A stretch of DNA of 64,000 nucleotides. It comes from Octopus vulgaris. Lineage: Eukaryota. Of the stretch, positions 43,328 to 59,928 are shown in pieces (position 1 is the first letter of the stretch; each line of letters opens with the position of its first letter). The notes under the pieces are model-generated. The model worked only from the letters and a program-made list of their open reading frames with translations. It did not search any database and was not told where the DNA came from. Location: assembly GCA_951406725.2 (NCBI GenBank), contig OX597820.1, forward strand, positions 24,180,001-24,244,000. The letters are read 5' to 3'. A program made the position numbers and the translations under genes.

Positions 43328-43492
43328 GGCGGCAGTGGGGCAGAATCGTTAGTACATGAGAAAATGCTTAGCGGCATTTCGTCCGTCTTTACGTTCTGAG
43401 TTCATCCTTTCCTTTTCGATAAAATGAGTACCAGTTGAGTACTGGTACTCCTTATCTCAAAATTACTGGGCTTGTACCAAAATTTGAATCCA
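43328..43492 (+). mobile_element. SINE family D, internally deleted
   Basis: GGCGGCAGTGGGGCAGAATCGTTAG..TCGATAAAATGAGTACCAG. Confidence 0.7.
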
Positions 43493-43895
43493 ATGAGATA
43501 AAAGATATTGAATATATATTCCTTATCAAATATTAGTACAAAAACAAATATATTCGAAAATATATTTAAATATATTTATTGAAGTTCTAGTTTTTAAGAC
43601 AGCTATTTAAACAATCTCAAATACGGATATTGATGAAATACTGAATTCATAAACTATTTTTCGAAACCATTTTTGTTGTGAAGTCTATCAGTTGCTTCAA
43701 ATTGTTAGTTCGACTGTTTTACTTACCAAACTTATTAGACAGAGAATATCCTTCGCTGAAGAGTGTTGATAGAACTGAAACAAATCGAGTGTTGTTATCG
43801 TATCTGTTAAAAATCAACCTATTCTCCCTATTTCACTATGTTACATATTTCTACTTTTTAAAGGATTGAAATACTGGTGGCTCAACTTATTCTGT

Positions 43896-44214
43896 GGAGG
43901 CGCAATGGCCCAGTGGTTAGGGCAGCGAACTCGGGGTTGGAGGTTCGCGGTTTCGATTCCCTGACCGGGCGATGTGTGTGTTTATTGAGCGAAAACACCA
44001 AACAGCTCCACGACGCTCCGGTAGGGGGTGATGGCGACCCCTGTTGTACTCTTTCGCCCCAACTTTCTCTCACTCTTTCTTCCTGTTTCTTGAGTAACGC
44101 TGCGATGGACTGGTGTCCCGTCCAGCTGGGTGGGGTGGGGAACACATACGCCACAGAATCCGGGAAACCGGGCCTATGACCCTGGCTAGGCCTGAGAAAG
44201 GTGCATAGATAAAT
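43896..44214 (+). mobile_element. SINE family B, full length
   Basis: Highly similar to 7998-8314. Confidence 0.9.
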
Positions 44215-44221
44215 ATGTAAT

Positions 44222-44460
44222 CATCTCATTTTTGGTCTACTCCGAGGTCTCTTGCCAGTTGGCTTGCTTTGAAGACTCTTAGTACCGGAGCTGTGACGTC
44301 TCAATGCGAAGAAATAGCGGCTCGATTTGGAGAGACTCCCTGATCTCCAAGCTAAGCACTCTATCAAGTAACGTTACTCCAGAGATCCTTCGAATGAACC
44401 TCATTTCGACTGCTTGTATTTGTGATCATACTCTTTCAGTCATTACCCAACATTCATGTC
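44222..44460 (-). pseudogene. RTE-clade LINE fragment (Rex3/Expander-like C-terminus)
   Basis: Manual translation HECWVMTERV*SQIQAVEMRFIRRISGVTLLDRVLSLEIRESLQIEPLFLRIETSQLRY and KPTGKRPRSRPKMR. Confidence 0.85.
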
Positions 44461-45303
44461 AGTTGAGAATAGACATTTAATGTTTATTGTAAGTTGTTAC
44501 TCTTGTCTTTGATTTACGAAAGTATTGTTTAACGATGTTTACTTCTCCACGACACTAACGTAGTTTGTTTTATTAAAACTATCTTTCCATATCACACTAA
44601 ATCGGTTAGAACATACTTCACCATCTAGTAAAACCTGCTGCAGCCCCTCAATGAGACAACTGATCGGAGCAACAACATACATAGCGAGAAAGGAAAATGG
44701 CTGGAAGATGATAGAACAGAAATACCGAAAATATATAAAACTTAAAAAAAAGAAAACAGAAAGATATAACAAACTAATGATGTAATTATATAAAGATTTA
44801 GATAATAACGTTTGATTTCTATATAAATTGATATAAAAAGACGGTAATTTATATATAAATAATGCGATAAAATCGGCTGGAACTTCCTTCCCGCAGTGCT
44901 AACAGATAAAAATAAAGAGTGTCAATAATTCATACAATTATAGGTATTAGTTACTTTTCGATGGTAATTCTGTATCAACCATATTGTGTAAATAAGTAAA
45001 ACTCTTTATAGTAATAAGAGATATAATTCAGTTGATAAAAATCTATATGTGCTTCCGTAAGGCAAAGAGATGTTCACAAAATCATTAATTAATCTCTATG
45101 GCGATATGCAGTGGACTCCAACTGAAATATCATTCTGTGTTCGGCTCAAGTTAATAGTCAGTAATGTTTCTTAAAATCTGATACCCATTTGCAGGACATA
45201 GAAAGGGATAGAAGAGGAATATACAAAACGATTGTGGCCGCTGTGATGACACTTTCGTTAGTAATTCATATTCACTGGAACATTTCGATTCAACATAAAA
45301 GCA

Positions 45304-47421
<2,118 letters not shown>

Positions 47422-47434
47422 GTCCGTCTGTCTG

Positions 47435-47507
<73 letters not shown>

Positions 47508-47818
47508 TGTGTATGTATGTATGTGCGTGTTACTCACACACTCATACACACACACGCACAAGCACACACACATACACAGAGTTGAATGTTAACCGAAGGG
47601 TTACTCAACACTTTTTTAGTAGAATATTTATAAACGTTTACAAGAAAAAGGTTGACACTGACTTCAAAGCTTTGGCTTACTCGCTTTCATCAAACAATCG
47701 GATACACTCGTAAAATAGTATATGCATGCATACATACATGCATACAAAGATACATACATATAATCGTACACACATATATACGTATAAAAGTGTTTCTATA
47801 TGTATATATACATACACA

Positions 47819-47868
<50 letters not shown>

Positions 47869-47949
47869 CATATACAAACATAATACATGTATGTAATTAT
47901 ACACACACACACATACACACACACACACATATATATATATGTGTGTGTA

Positions 47950-48519
47950 CGGCGGGCTTCTTTCAGTTTTCGTCTACCAAACCCACTCACAAGGCTTAGG
48001 TCGGGCCTGAGGCTATAGTAGAAACCTTGTGCCCAAGGTGCCACGCTGTGGAACTCTACCTGGAACCATGTGTTTAGGGACCAAGCTTCTTTCCACAGAG
48101 CCACTCCTGCGCGTATATATCTCTTTTACTCTTTTATTTGTTTCAGTCATTTGACTGCGGTCATGCTGGAGCACCGCCTTTAGACGAGCAAATCGACCTC
48201 AGGACTTATACTTTGTAAGCCTAGTACTTATTCTATCGGTCTCTTTTGCCGAACCGTTAAGTTACGGGGACATGAACACACCAGCATCGGTTGTCTAGCG
48301 ATTTTGGGGGGACAAACACAGACACACAAACACACACACATATATATATATACATATACACGACAGGCTTCTTTCAGTTTCCGTCTACCAAATCCACTCA
48401 CAAGGCTTTGGTCAGCCCGAGGCTATAGTAGAAGACATTTGCCCAAGGTGCCACGCAGTGGGACTGAACCCGGAACCATGTGGTTGGTAAGCAAGCTACT
48501 TACCACACAGCCACTCCTG
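47950..48519 (-). mobile_element. Two tandem SINE family A copies (47950-48113 5' half; 48121-48519 full length)
   Basis: Reverse complement of the family A consensus, twice. Confidence 0.9.
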
Positions 48520-49482
48520 TGTACACATACACATACATATATGCATACACAGTACATACATACTCATGCATACATATATATATTTACACACATACACGCT
48601 ACCGTATAGATGATTATGAAATCACACACACACACACACTATATATATATATATTTATATAATACACACACATATATGCATACATAGTACATACATACAT
48701 ACATACACACAAGCATACATATATTTACACACACACCCGTATAGATGATTTTGAGATCACACTATGTGATTTGCAATTAAAACGGAAAACGAAAAACAAA
48801 AAATATATATATAATTAATACTGCCAGCAGAGTGTAGTAACTGTTTAGCTGTCACGTGCCCTGCTGAGGGGTCGCCATTTTAGTGGAAACAGGATAAAGA
48901 AATAAGAAATAAATTCATAGTAATTTTAACTTCCTGGATCATAAAAGTTACGGATTTTCATGATTCCGTTGTAAAACCTATTTCTTGTCATGAATTTTAT
49001 ATTCCAGACATTTAATGACTAAACATTGTAAAACAATGAATACACATTTTATGGTCTCTTTTAGTAGTTCAATACGATAAACTGCGGCCATGGCGTGTAT
49101 TTGTTTCGCCTGCACATGATTTGATTATATTAACTCCAGTACATCGAATGGTACTTTCTTTTTTATCAATCAGTTCATTTATCGGTGCAAAGTAACGTAA
49201 TTCAGACGGAATACATTCCAGAATGCAGTTTTTGTTCGCTGTACCGATCTATTGACAATTCCCAGGTAGGATGCTCTTTGTACCATTTCTGCGTTATGTG
49301 GCTTTCACAAAATGCAGAATTAACAAGGATTACTAAGTACGTTTGTTGTTGTTATTGCTGTTTTATATACTCAGATATACCACGCTACAAGTGTTCCATA
49401 CCCTCTTATTATATACATAAATACCTTCAAAGCAGTTGAATCCAAATTTAAAGAAATGAATTGGTATTTTGGTAAAGATTGT

Positions 49483-49705
49483 GGAGGTGCATGGCTTAGT
49501 GGTTAGAGTCTTGGACTCAAGATCGTAAGATTATGGCTTCGATTCCTAAACCGGGCGATGTGTTGTGTTCTTGAGCAAAACACTTCATTTCACGTTGTTT
49601 CAGTTCGCTCAGCTGGTAAAACTGAGTAATTTTGCAACGGACCGTCGTCCCGTCCAGGGATGAATATATACGCCAGAGAAACCAGCAAACCAGCCGTATG
49701 CTCCT
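49483..49705 (+). mobile_element. SINE family C (third body type)
   Basis: GGAGGTGCATGGCTTAGTGGTT head, CORE-like part, then CGTCCCGTCCAGGG..TACGCCAGAGAAACC as in family B. Confidence 0.8.
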
Positions 49706-50750
49706 TCCCGTCACCCCAACCGCCACCGTTCTCAGTGACCCTGTATTATGTTAAGGGCGCCACCATTGCTCCTCGGATTAAGTCGTAAGAAGTAATAATT
49801 AAATTAAAATGAAATTGTGATATCTTAGGCTCATGGTCATAAGGTCTTGGATTCAATTCCTGGACCCGACAGTGCATTTTTGTGCCCTTGAGCAAGGTGT
49901 TTCATTTCCTATCTACCTAGCTGAGGAGGAGCACCAGCTAACAGTTGATGCAGCTTTAAGTCTGTCTGTCTGTCTGGTTCTATCTTCTCTCTTTCTGCTT
50001 CTCCTCCTCTCTGCTCTCTCCTTCTCTCTCTCTCTCTCTCTCCAGGTATTGCTTCCTGAGTGTTACGCTAGACTAAGGATGGAAATATCAAGAGGGTACC
50101 GACGTATGCTCACGACTACAGAGATACCTAAAACAACTAGCGAAAGCGTGTTAAAAACAAAAACAAAAAAAAAAACACCTATCCGGTCTTATACGCCTGT
50201 GAATGACACCTAAGCACGGTTTTAATTATTCTTTCACACAAATGCAAATATTCGTAAAGTATGAGAAATGTTAATTTGTAATTTATTATCCTATGCAAAG
50301 AGTGTAAAGTATTGTAATTGAATTGGAGTGAAACTACTTCTTCAAATAGGAATTGAAACATGAACAGGATATACGGTTTCACATACATTTCCCTCTCATT
50401 CTATCTACAACGAACTCCATTATCAAAATATATACGAAAGAGATATTATATGGGTGGCATCAGATTTCTTCTGAATGTGTGTTCTATGAATCTATTTGCT
50501 GTTGATTTATTTCTCAATAGCTATCGCTTGACAGGCATCGGAAGACCAAGAATAGAAGAAAAAAAATCAATTAATGAACAAAACCTAGCGATTACCTAAT
50601 GGAACAAGCGAGACAATGCGATATATATATCTGATAGCAAACCGTTATGAAGCCAGGCAACTGATGAATATTGTTATATATTTCTTAATATGTAATTGAC
50701 GGCCAAGGCATTTGACTTGGCATTCTATTGCAATCTAATATGTATGTATG

Positions 50751-50784
<34 letters not shown>

Positions 50785-50921
50785 TGTATGTATGTATGTA
50801 TGTATGTATGTATGTATGTATGTATGCATGTATGTATGTATGTATGTATGCATGCATGCATGCATGTATGTATGTATGTATGTATGTATGTATGTATGTA
50901 TGCATGTATGTATGTATACAA

Positions 50922-50969
<48 letters not shown>

Positions 50970-51150
50970 ATATATATATATTTACGTAGGTATGAATGTG
51001 ATGATTGTGTGTGTGTATGCATGTATGTGTATATGTATATTATATATATATCTCTCTCTTTATCTATATTTTTGCCTGTCTGTCTGTTTGTATATATGCA
51101 TGCATGTATATGTGCATGTATGAATATTATATATATAATATATATAATAT

Positions 51151-51312
51151 AGCTGAAGGAGTCTCTGTGTGGTAAGTAGGTTGCGTACCAACACATATTT
51201 CCAGGTTCAGTCCCACTACGTGGCACCTTGGGAAAGTGTCTTCTACTATAGCCTCAGGCGGACCAAAGCCTTGTGAGTGGATTTGGTAGGCTGAAACCGA
51301 AAGATGCCCGTC

Positions 51313-51355
<43 letters not shown>

Positions 51356-51545
51356 TGTGTAGCAGTCTTCGTCCCCACCACCATCGCCTGACAACAGATG
51401 TTGGCGTGTTTATGTCCCTGTAACAGCGGTTTGGCAAAAGACACAGATACAATAAGTACTAGGTTTACAAAGAATAAGTCCTGGGGTCGATTTGTTCAAC
51501 TAAAGCCGGTGTTCTAGCATGGTCACAGTCAAATGACTCATACAA
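51151..51545 (+). mobile_element. SINE family A, full length
   Basis: Head, (TA)n, and 3' half ending CATGGTCACAGTCAAATGACT. Confidence 0.88.
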
Positions 51546-51974
51546 AAAAAAGAATAGAAGAATGAAAGAATATATATATATATATATAGGGAGAATATCT
51601 ATCTATATGAATATTTACAGAGGTATGAACGTGATGAATGTGTGTGCGTATGTCAACAGACACACGCATACACACATTTATGTCAGGTTAGTTGTGAGGA
51701 CTCTCATGAGTGTTATTGGTAACATGGGATCCAGTACAACCTACTGCATTGTCTGTTCGTCGGCGACTAAACCGGCACCTCCGCTGGGCTAGCCTGGTAA
51801 GGATGGTTGCTAGAAACCCAGCAGGACTAAAAACAAAACCTGTCAAAAGGATAGATGAACCTATTGTAGATAAAACAACCATCACTTAATAGCATGGGCC
51901 CTCAGAAATTCTGGGTTGGTCTCGGGGATACTTGTAGACCACTGGGAGTTCGGCACCTCTTAGCTTTTGTTGAA

Positions 51975-52190
51975 GCATGTCTCCATGGCATTCTGATATA
52001 AAACCAAATATGCAGGTAATGGAATTGAACATTTTATGGATCTTTTGATTGCGATTGAGATCATGATGCGCTTGCATTCCTATGTCTGTGACCCACATTA
52101 CACCGGATATCTTGCTCTGGTTTGTATCTTGATCATGTCGGTATGGTGGAGAGTGTCTATAAGGCGGTGTACAAGACTTATTGGACCATG
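51975..52190 (-). pseudogene. Heavily decayed Gypsy integrase zinc-binding region
   Basis: Manual translation PISLVHRLIDTLHHTDMIKIQTRARY and LHIWFYIRMPWRH, resembling IP.SLR..L..LH.GHPGI.KMK..AR and LHPW..P..PW.R. Confidence 0.45.
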
Positions 52191-52435
52191 TGTGTGCGCG
52201 TGAGTTCAGTTCTTCCCTTGTGATCAGCGTATAAGAGTAATTTACCTTCCCGAACTTGCCAAATTATATTCTGGAGCTAATGTCATTTTTGGAGACAAGT
52301 AAGAGTCCATCGCACCTGTTATTATATCCTTCTCAGGTTGGCGAACTGGAAAGTTTGGTGAAGTTAATATGTACAAAACACACACACACACACACGCGCA
52401 CACACACATTTATAATTGATATATATATATATATA

Positions 52436-52642
52436 CGAGTGAGGGTGCTGAAAAGTTTCTGCAATAATACAGGCGGATCAGTTAATTGTGATTTTAGTCA
52501 ACATGTTTACCTCTCAGATTCACACACTTATTGCAGCGGTCCTTCAGTTTTTCTAAGTCCTGTAAAAGAGCTAGGAAGATTCGGCCTCCAACCAGGTCTT
52601 TCGTGATACCCTTGAAGTCAGGAAGTTTTCAGAACCCCTTCG
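52436..52642 (-). mobile_element. Mariner-derived MITE
   Basis: Ends GAGGGTGCTGAAAAGTT and AAGTTTTCAGAACCCCTTCG; reverse-complement homologue of 33221-33431. Confidence 0.75.
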
Positions 52643-52681
52643 TGTGGGTATATATATATATATGTACACACACACATACAC

Positions 52682-52769
<88 letters not shown>

Positions 52770-53412
52770 CGAGGGGAAGTCAACAATTATTTGCACATAT
52801 CTTTATTATGGTTACACTGGCTTGCCTAATAGCGCCATTTTTCTTTCTGGCTTTACAGTGTAAGCATGGATGCTACTCTAGCAATGTGCACCAAAGAAGA
52901 ACAAAGAGCAGTGAACCGATTTCTCTGGAAAAAGGGCATACAATCAACAGTAGAAGATATAGTGATGTGCTGGCCAACTAAACTGAAGTCTGCAATTCGC
53001 ACCAACTATTGTGGAAGAAAGCGTTGTTGTTTCATGACAAAGTACGCCCAGACACGGCCGCTCAGACCGCTGAAACCAATTATTAACCAATTGGGGTTTT
53101 GAGGTGCTGGAACATGCTATCTAGAGCCCACATTGCGTCCCTTCGTGCTATCGGACCTTTGGACCACTCAAAGATGGTTTACGAGGTCATCGATTTCCTA
53201 CGGATGAAGATGTGAGAGAAGTGGTGCATAAATGGCTGCAAGACCAACCGAAAACCTTCTTCTTGGAGGGAATACGCAAACTTGTAGACTGCTGAACCAA
53301 GTGCGTCAAAATGAAAGGAGACTAAATAGAAAAATGATGTACCTGTTTAACCCTGCTTTTGTGTAAATACATTGGGAAAATAAGAGGGCGTATAATTTTT
53401 GACTCTCCCTCA
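52770..53412 (+). mobile_element. Internally deleted mariner (second family) with transposase remnant
   Basis: TA-flanked TIRs CGAGGGGAAGTCAACAATTAT and ATAATTTTTGACTCTCCCTCA; remnants EQRAVNRFL, LFHDKVRPDT and FGPLKDGLRGHRFPTDEDVREVVHKWLQDQPKTFFLEGIRKLV. Confidence 0.88.
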
Positions 53413-53427
53413 TATATGCATATATAC

Positions 53428-53505
<78 letters not shown>

Positions 53506-54035
53506 AAAGAGGGAGAATTAAAAAAGCAGCAAAGCATATATTTTGCGTACATTTGATAATCCAATTATGCTCAACAGCCGTTTCATTAGTTGTTGAACAT
53601 GATTTAATTCAAATTTACTTAATTATGGATGTTATTTACGTACTTATGGAATTAATGACATTTATGCTTACGAAGCAGTTATGGAGCATAATTATATTAC
53701 GAATTATCTTGGAAATTTATGTTTTCCTGCTTATAATTCTTCATATGTTTCCCTAAAAGACCGTTTTAGCCGATCACGTTTATACATTCACTTGTTTCTA
53801 CCTGGTTTTACTGCATGTAATAACGCATGGAGTTTAACGACCTGTTATTAATTGCCCACTTAATTACTGTGGATGTAGTTTATGATGTTTATGCAGCAAT
53901 TCTCTCTCTTTTCCTCTCCCATCTCCCTCTTTATATAAATGTGTATGTGTATATATATATATATATCTGCATGTATATATATTTGCATGTATATATATAT
54001 ATATATATATATATCGTGAGAATGTATATTAAAGC

Positions 54036-54085
<50 letters not shown>

Positions 54086-54113
54086 CACGTATATATATGC
54101 ATGGATATATAAA

Positions 54114-54238
<125 letters not shown>

Positions 54239-54285
54239 CTATTTTTCGTCCTTACTTCTCTCTCTCTCTGTAGGAATATATATAT

Positions 54286-55611
54286 ACTTTACTTTGATAC
54301 TTTGATAGGTTTCGGCCATTATTGGCCCAGGCCATGTCTAACTTAATAGCACCACCTGGTGAAGTCTTTCAAGTCAGAATTTGGGCACTATGGCCCACTC
54401 AAGTAGAGAGTTATTGTTTACAGAGACATATCCGGGTGTAGGGGGTTTATCCGGGATTTCTTGAAGGAATCTGTCCAAAGACTTCTTGAACCCTATAGGG
54501 TCAGTTTCTGTTTTAATGTGTTTTGGTGTAATGTTAAAGAGAGCGGGGCCAATTGAGGTGAAATAATTGTGCCGTATTGTTGTTATGAGATGAGAGTGCG
54601 ATTTTTGTTTTGGGCGGATGGCACGGGGCCCAAGCCTTGGATGTACCTTAAAGGTGATGCCAACATCATTTGGGCAATGCTGATGGAATATTTTCCACAT
54701 CATGCAGATGATGTAGCGCTCACGACGACGTTGGAGAGAATAGAGTTTTAGCTTTTCTAGTCGACCCCAATAGTCGAGGCCTGTCATGCCATCTATCTTT
54801 TTTGTGATTGCCCTTTGAGGTGCTTCAACTTTTATGATACCTTGTATTGTGTGGGGAGACCACAGTGGACAACAGTATTCAAGGTGGGTCGGGCAAAAGT
54901 GGAGAAGAGAAGGATAATGGTGTGGATATCTCTCGACTGGAAAGTTCTGAGAATCCAGGAACACATTCTGCGGGCCATGTCAACTTTGGTGTTTATATGA
55001 GTGGCCCAGCTTATGTTGTTGTCCACAATTACTCCCAAGTCTCTGATGTTGTTGGACGCCGCGAGAGTTTCACCTGAAGGAAGGGAGTATGGGAGTTTCA
55101 GGGCATCCTCTTTTCCAAAGTGGATTAGCTCAAATTTATCCTCGTTCAGCAGCATATTGTTTTTTTCTGCCTATTGGATAACAGCCAGTAGATCTGACTG
55201 AAGGCATGTCCGGTCACTCGCCTCATTTATGACCTTCTGTAGCTTGGAGTCATCTGCAAAGATTTTTATGTTGCTGTGCTTGATGATGTCATTAATGTCA
55301 TTAATGTAAATGATGAAAAGAAGTGGGCCCAGCACAGTGCCTTGCGGAACGCCACTACTGACTTTGGCTGGGCTTGATTTTACCCCTTCAACTACAACAT
55401 GTTGAGATCTGTCTGTCAGGAAACACTTGATCCATTTCAGTAACTTTCCAGAGACACCAATGTTGGATAGTTTTTTCAATAGGATCTTGTGATCGACCCT
55501 GTCGAAGGCCTTACTGAAATCAAGGTAGATGACATCGGTGTTGGAGCCCTCTCCCAAATGTCCTCAAAGTGATGCAGGAGCTGCGTTAGGCAGTCCCTTC
55601 CATTACGGAAC

Positions 55612-55613
<2 letters not shown>
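54286..55613 (-). mobile_element. 5'-truncated CR1-type LINE (RT domain to 3' end), disrupted, flanked by (TA)n
   Basis: [64 protein letters not shown] and YSLQRRRERY; stop at about 55171 and a frameshift near 54836. Confidence 0.93.
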
Positions 55614-55666
<53 letters not shown>

Positions 55667-55748
55667 AATACATACATACCTATCTGCATACATACATACA
55701 TACATACATGCATACATACACACATACATGCATACATACATACATACA

Positions 55749-55845
<97 letters not shown>

Positions 55846-56312
55846 AAAAAGAGCTACAGAGTATTGTTTGAAGTACATTCAAATATAAGTACATTATGCT
55901 ACAAGATTAGTGCCAGACACCAGAGACAGTCGCAGCTGCAGCAGTCGTAGCAAAATTTTAGTTCATTACAAATGACCTTACTAATTACTATAGCGTCAGA
56001 CTAATGAGAAAACATTTAGTGATTAAATTCTCCGCGGTAATGTAGGTGCAAGAAGTGCAACAAATATATGCGGAATCATTAGTTTACAGAGCTGTTTAAA
56101 GGCATAAAACAGTTGAATTTGACGATATTATTGTTACATGACTTGGCATATAACGATACACAATATATAAAAAAATGTCATGTTGGATTCGATATTCACA
56201 AGGGCAACACAGTAGTATTCCTTTCCGTATGAATGCGTTTATAAGATGCTAATGTGTAAAACCGCACAGATTTTTGCGTACATATTTTTTTAGAGAGAGA
56301 GACACACACACG

Positions 56313-56344
<32 letters not shown>

Positions 56345-56578
56345 TGTATGTATGTATGTATGTATGTATGTATGTATGTATGTATGTATGTTACAACTAC
56401 AGCCGGCTATTACTGGTAAAGGTTTCCGATGCCAATGCTGTACAAGACATTGTAGATCTTTAACTGGGCTAAAAAGTCCCATTCGATCACAGCACCAGTA
56501 ACAGTTAAGCTTCGTGCTATGGCCATACTCGATAACGAGGGGGCAGCTATAATGTATGTATGTATGTATGTTTGTATG

Positions 56579-56612
<34 letters not shown>

Positions 56613-56659
56613 TGTATATATGTATATATGTACGTATGTATGTGTATGTAAGTGTATAT

Positions 56660-56900
56660 ATATTTATTGCTCACGACGATCGTTTCGATCTATCTTGCAT
56701 CGATCCCTCGCGGGTGGCATAATGTGCACCTGGTTGTGGTGCATCTTTCAGTGCAGAAGTGCGTCATCAAGTGATTTTACAAGGTGTATCTCGTTAAATA
56801 AACACCGTTTCGTTCGGTTTTTATACATGTTGCTAGTGACCGTAGTTTTTAGTCCTTGGGTAGGAATGGCGAGGGGAAGATACTACATGTAGTTGATAGT
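56660..56900 (-). mobile_element. Hammerhead-bearing pLTR-like repeat
   Basis: Hammerhead motif followed by GTGAGC-AATAAA and a TA tract. Confidence 0.6.
56671..56774 (-). ncRNA. Type-I hammerhead-like motif with a large insertion in domain II
   Basis: TCAC-TTGATGA-[~77 nt with internal hairpin]-GAAA-CGATCG-TC-GTGA: stem I, palindromic stem III and GUC are perfect; C3U variant; base of stem II unpaired. Confidence 0.6.
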
Positions 56901-57047
56901 AAATCAATGACAGGGAGTAAATAGGAAGAATGCAAAAGATAACGAAAAAATAAAATATGCCATAAAGTAAGAAATTATATGTGTAAGTATACATGTAGAT
57001 AATTCCGTACACACACTTGTGGTCTTGTGCACACACACACACACACA

Positions 57048-57147
<100 letters not shown>

Positions 57148-57479
57148 TTCTCACAGGTGCGCAGTTAAGCAGATGTCATTAAACTCAATGATAAACGTCC
57201 AGCCAATCTTGTTTAGTGGCAGAGCAGTTTGTAAACCTCTGCTGCAGTGCCGAGCACAGCACGTTCCGCATATATATTATGTAGGTAGGGTAAAATCCAT
57301 TCTATATCAATATATACAGCTTCAAATAGACCTACACGTGTTTCTACTTCGTCGATTGGTAACCGTTGCGATTGCAAGCCTACAATAATACCGGTGCAGT
57401 TTTTTCAGGGTCTTCACTTTAATTTCCTTTGATTTCGTTATGTCGCCAATACTACACAGTGGTTGTGTGTTCTACGAAA

Positions 57480-57624
57480 TCCTCCTCGCCACTGTTATGT
57501 CGCACGTTCGGATGCCTTCTACTCAACTCGACTCTACTACTCTGACCTCTGACGTCTAGGCTTCTCCCACTATATCTACGATTTGGGCTAGCCTACTTCA
57601 TCGTCTGGGGGCGTCCACACAACA
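57480..57624 (-). mobile_element. Possible short Gypsy LTR relic plus primer-binding site
   Basis: Minus strand TGTTGTG...CATAACA followed by G-TGGCGAGGAGGAT (similar to TGGCGACGAGGAT); downstream VLGTAAEVYKLLC is weakly gag-like. Confidence 0.4.
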
Positions 57625-57664
57625 GATTTAATTGTATTTATGTTTCTCCTTTGGCTCTTCGTTT

Positions 57665-57975
57665 GTTACGATGTCGAGGGTTCCTGTATATCCAATCAAC
57701 AGAACAGCCTGCTGGTGAAATTTACGTGCAAGTGGCTGAGTAGTCCACAGACAGGCTAGGCTAGCCCTTAATATAAAATCTGAGGGAGAATCAGCGTGCT
57801 ACAAAATGCGCCAAGGCTGGCCTTTGAAATTACAGCTACAACTCATTCTTGTCAGCTGAGTGGATTGGAGCAATGAGAAATAATGTGTCTTGCTGAAGGA
57901 CACAACGCGCCGCTGGAAATCGAACTCGCGATCTTAGGGATGTGAACCGAACACAATTACTAAGGCATGCGCTTT
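57665..57975 (-). mobile_element. SINE family C (second body type)
   Basis: Reverse-complement homologue of 42531-42853. Confidence 0.8.
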
Positions 57976-58017
57976 CACACACACACACATACACATACAC
58001 AGACACAGATGCAGACA

Positions 58018-58108
<91 letters not shown>

Positions 58109-58757
58109 GACGTATATAGATGTGTTCTATGAGCATATTAACGTACGCTCGGATATACACATAGATTTATAGATATGCTGGCGATATCAAACGTTTATAT
58201 GTACAGATGCAGACATGCATGCGTATACATAGATACATACATACATACATACATACATAAATACATACATAATACATACATGACTATATACATACATACA
58301 ATCACAACATACACACACACAAGCATATGTACGTACGTATGTATGTATGTATGTATGTATGTATGTATGTATGCATGTATGTATGTATGTATGTATGTAT
58401 GTATGTATGTATGCATGCATGTATGTATGTATGTATGTATGTATGTATGTATGTATGTATGTGTGTATGTATATCTGTATGTATGAGTGTATGTATTTAT
58501 GTATGTATGTATGTATGTATAGATACGGACATTTCATATATTCATACTTTTGAACATATCGCTTGCTCATATCTTCCTCGAACATATTACAACTTTCAGT
58601 GAAGTGGAAGGACTTCAAACGGTGTTTTAAACCAGGTCAGAGTGAACAACACAACCAGCTGATCACTTGATAACAGCCTCCATCAAAATCACATACATAC
58701 AGACATAAATACGTATATACATCCACACATACACATATATGTATATATGTTTGTCTG

Positions 58758-58864
<107 letters not shown>

Positions 58865-59031
58865 GCCTGTCTGTCTGTCTGTCTGTCCGTCTGTCTATTT
58901 GTCTGTCTGCCTGTCTGTCTATCTATTTGTCTGTCCTTCTGTCGGCCTGTCTGTATGTCTATCAATCTATATATCTGCCTACCTGCCTACCTGCCTACCT
59001 GCCTACCTGCCTGCCTATCTGTCTGCAAGTG

Positions 59032-59121
<90 letters not shown>

Positions 59122-59539
59122 ATAAGCAGGTATACACACGCATATATCACGAGAAATAGGAATGGAATTTTATATAGACAATAGTAAACAATATTCATGC
59201 TCCTGATGTTTAATATAGATTTTCGAATACATATGTACCTTGTCTCTCTTACGTCTATACTCTTTGAATTTTCCTCTTTCCATACACACGTACACACACA
59301 AACACACACATACACACAAACATATATACATATTTAGTGGGAGAGAGAAAGGGAGAGAGAGAGGAAGAGACATATATATACTGTATATATATATATATAT
59401 ATGTAATTTACGCATACACACAAAACAACTTGTCCGACCGTCTCATAGGCCTCCCCTTTGAGAAACACTGATTTAACCTAAATTTGAGACACCAGCAAAA
59501 GAAGAAATAAAGATAGACTTCTTTTCTATTCCAAAGAAA

Positions 59540-59732
59540 AGCATTTTCCCACGGCTTTATCGATCGCATTCTCACCTGGAATCGATTTTTGAAATTTTTT
59601 CAAGACTTATACACGCCCTGATACCGTCAATATCTACATATCAAATTTGAGCGCAATCGGATGGAGGATACCCGAGATCATAGAAGCCACACACACATAT
59701 ACAGACAGGCAGAAATAATTTTATATAAGAGA
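59540..59732 (-). mobile_element. Helitron-like non-autonomous element, 5' portion
   Basis: Minus strand starts A|TCTCTTATATAAAA; plus strand has CAAATTTGAGCGCAATCGGATG..ACAGACAG. No CTAG 3' end found. Confidence 0.5.
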
Positions 59733-59928
59733 TATATATGTATGTATATATAAAGATATATATGTGTGTGTGTGTATGTATTTTTTCAATGTGTACAAAT
59801 AACAGGGAAAAAAATAAATAGTTACCAGTGTAGCAAAAATTTACATAAGTACCAAGGATGTAACAGCCTACTTATAAAGGTAGAAATTCCAGGGTTTAGT
59901 GAAATGCTTTTGTATCATATAATAAATA

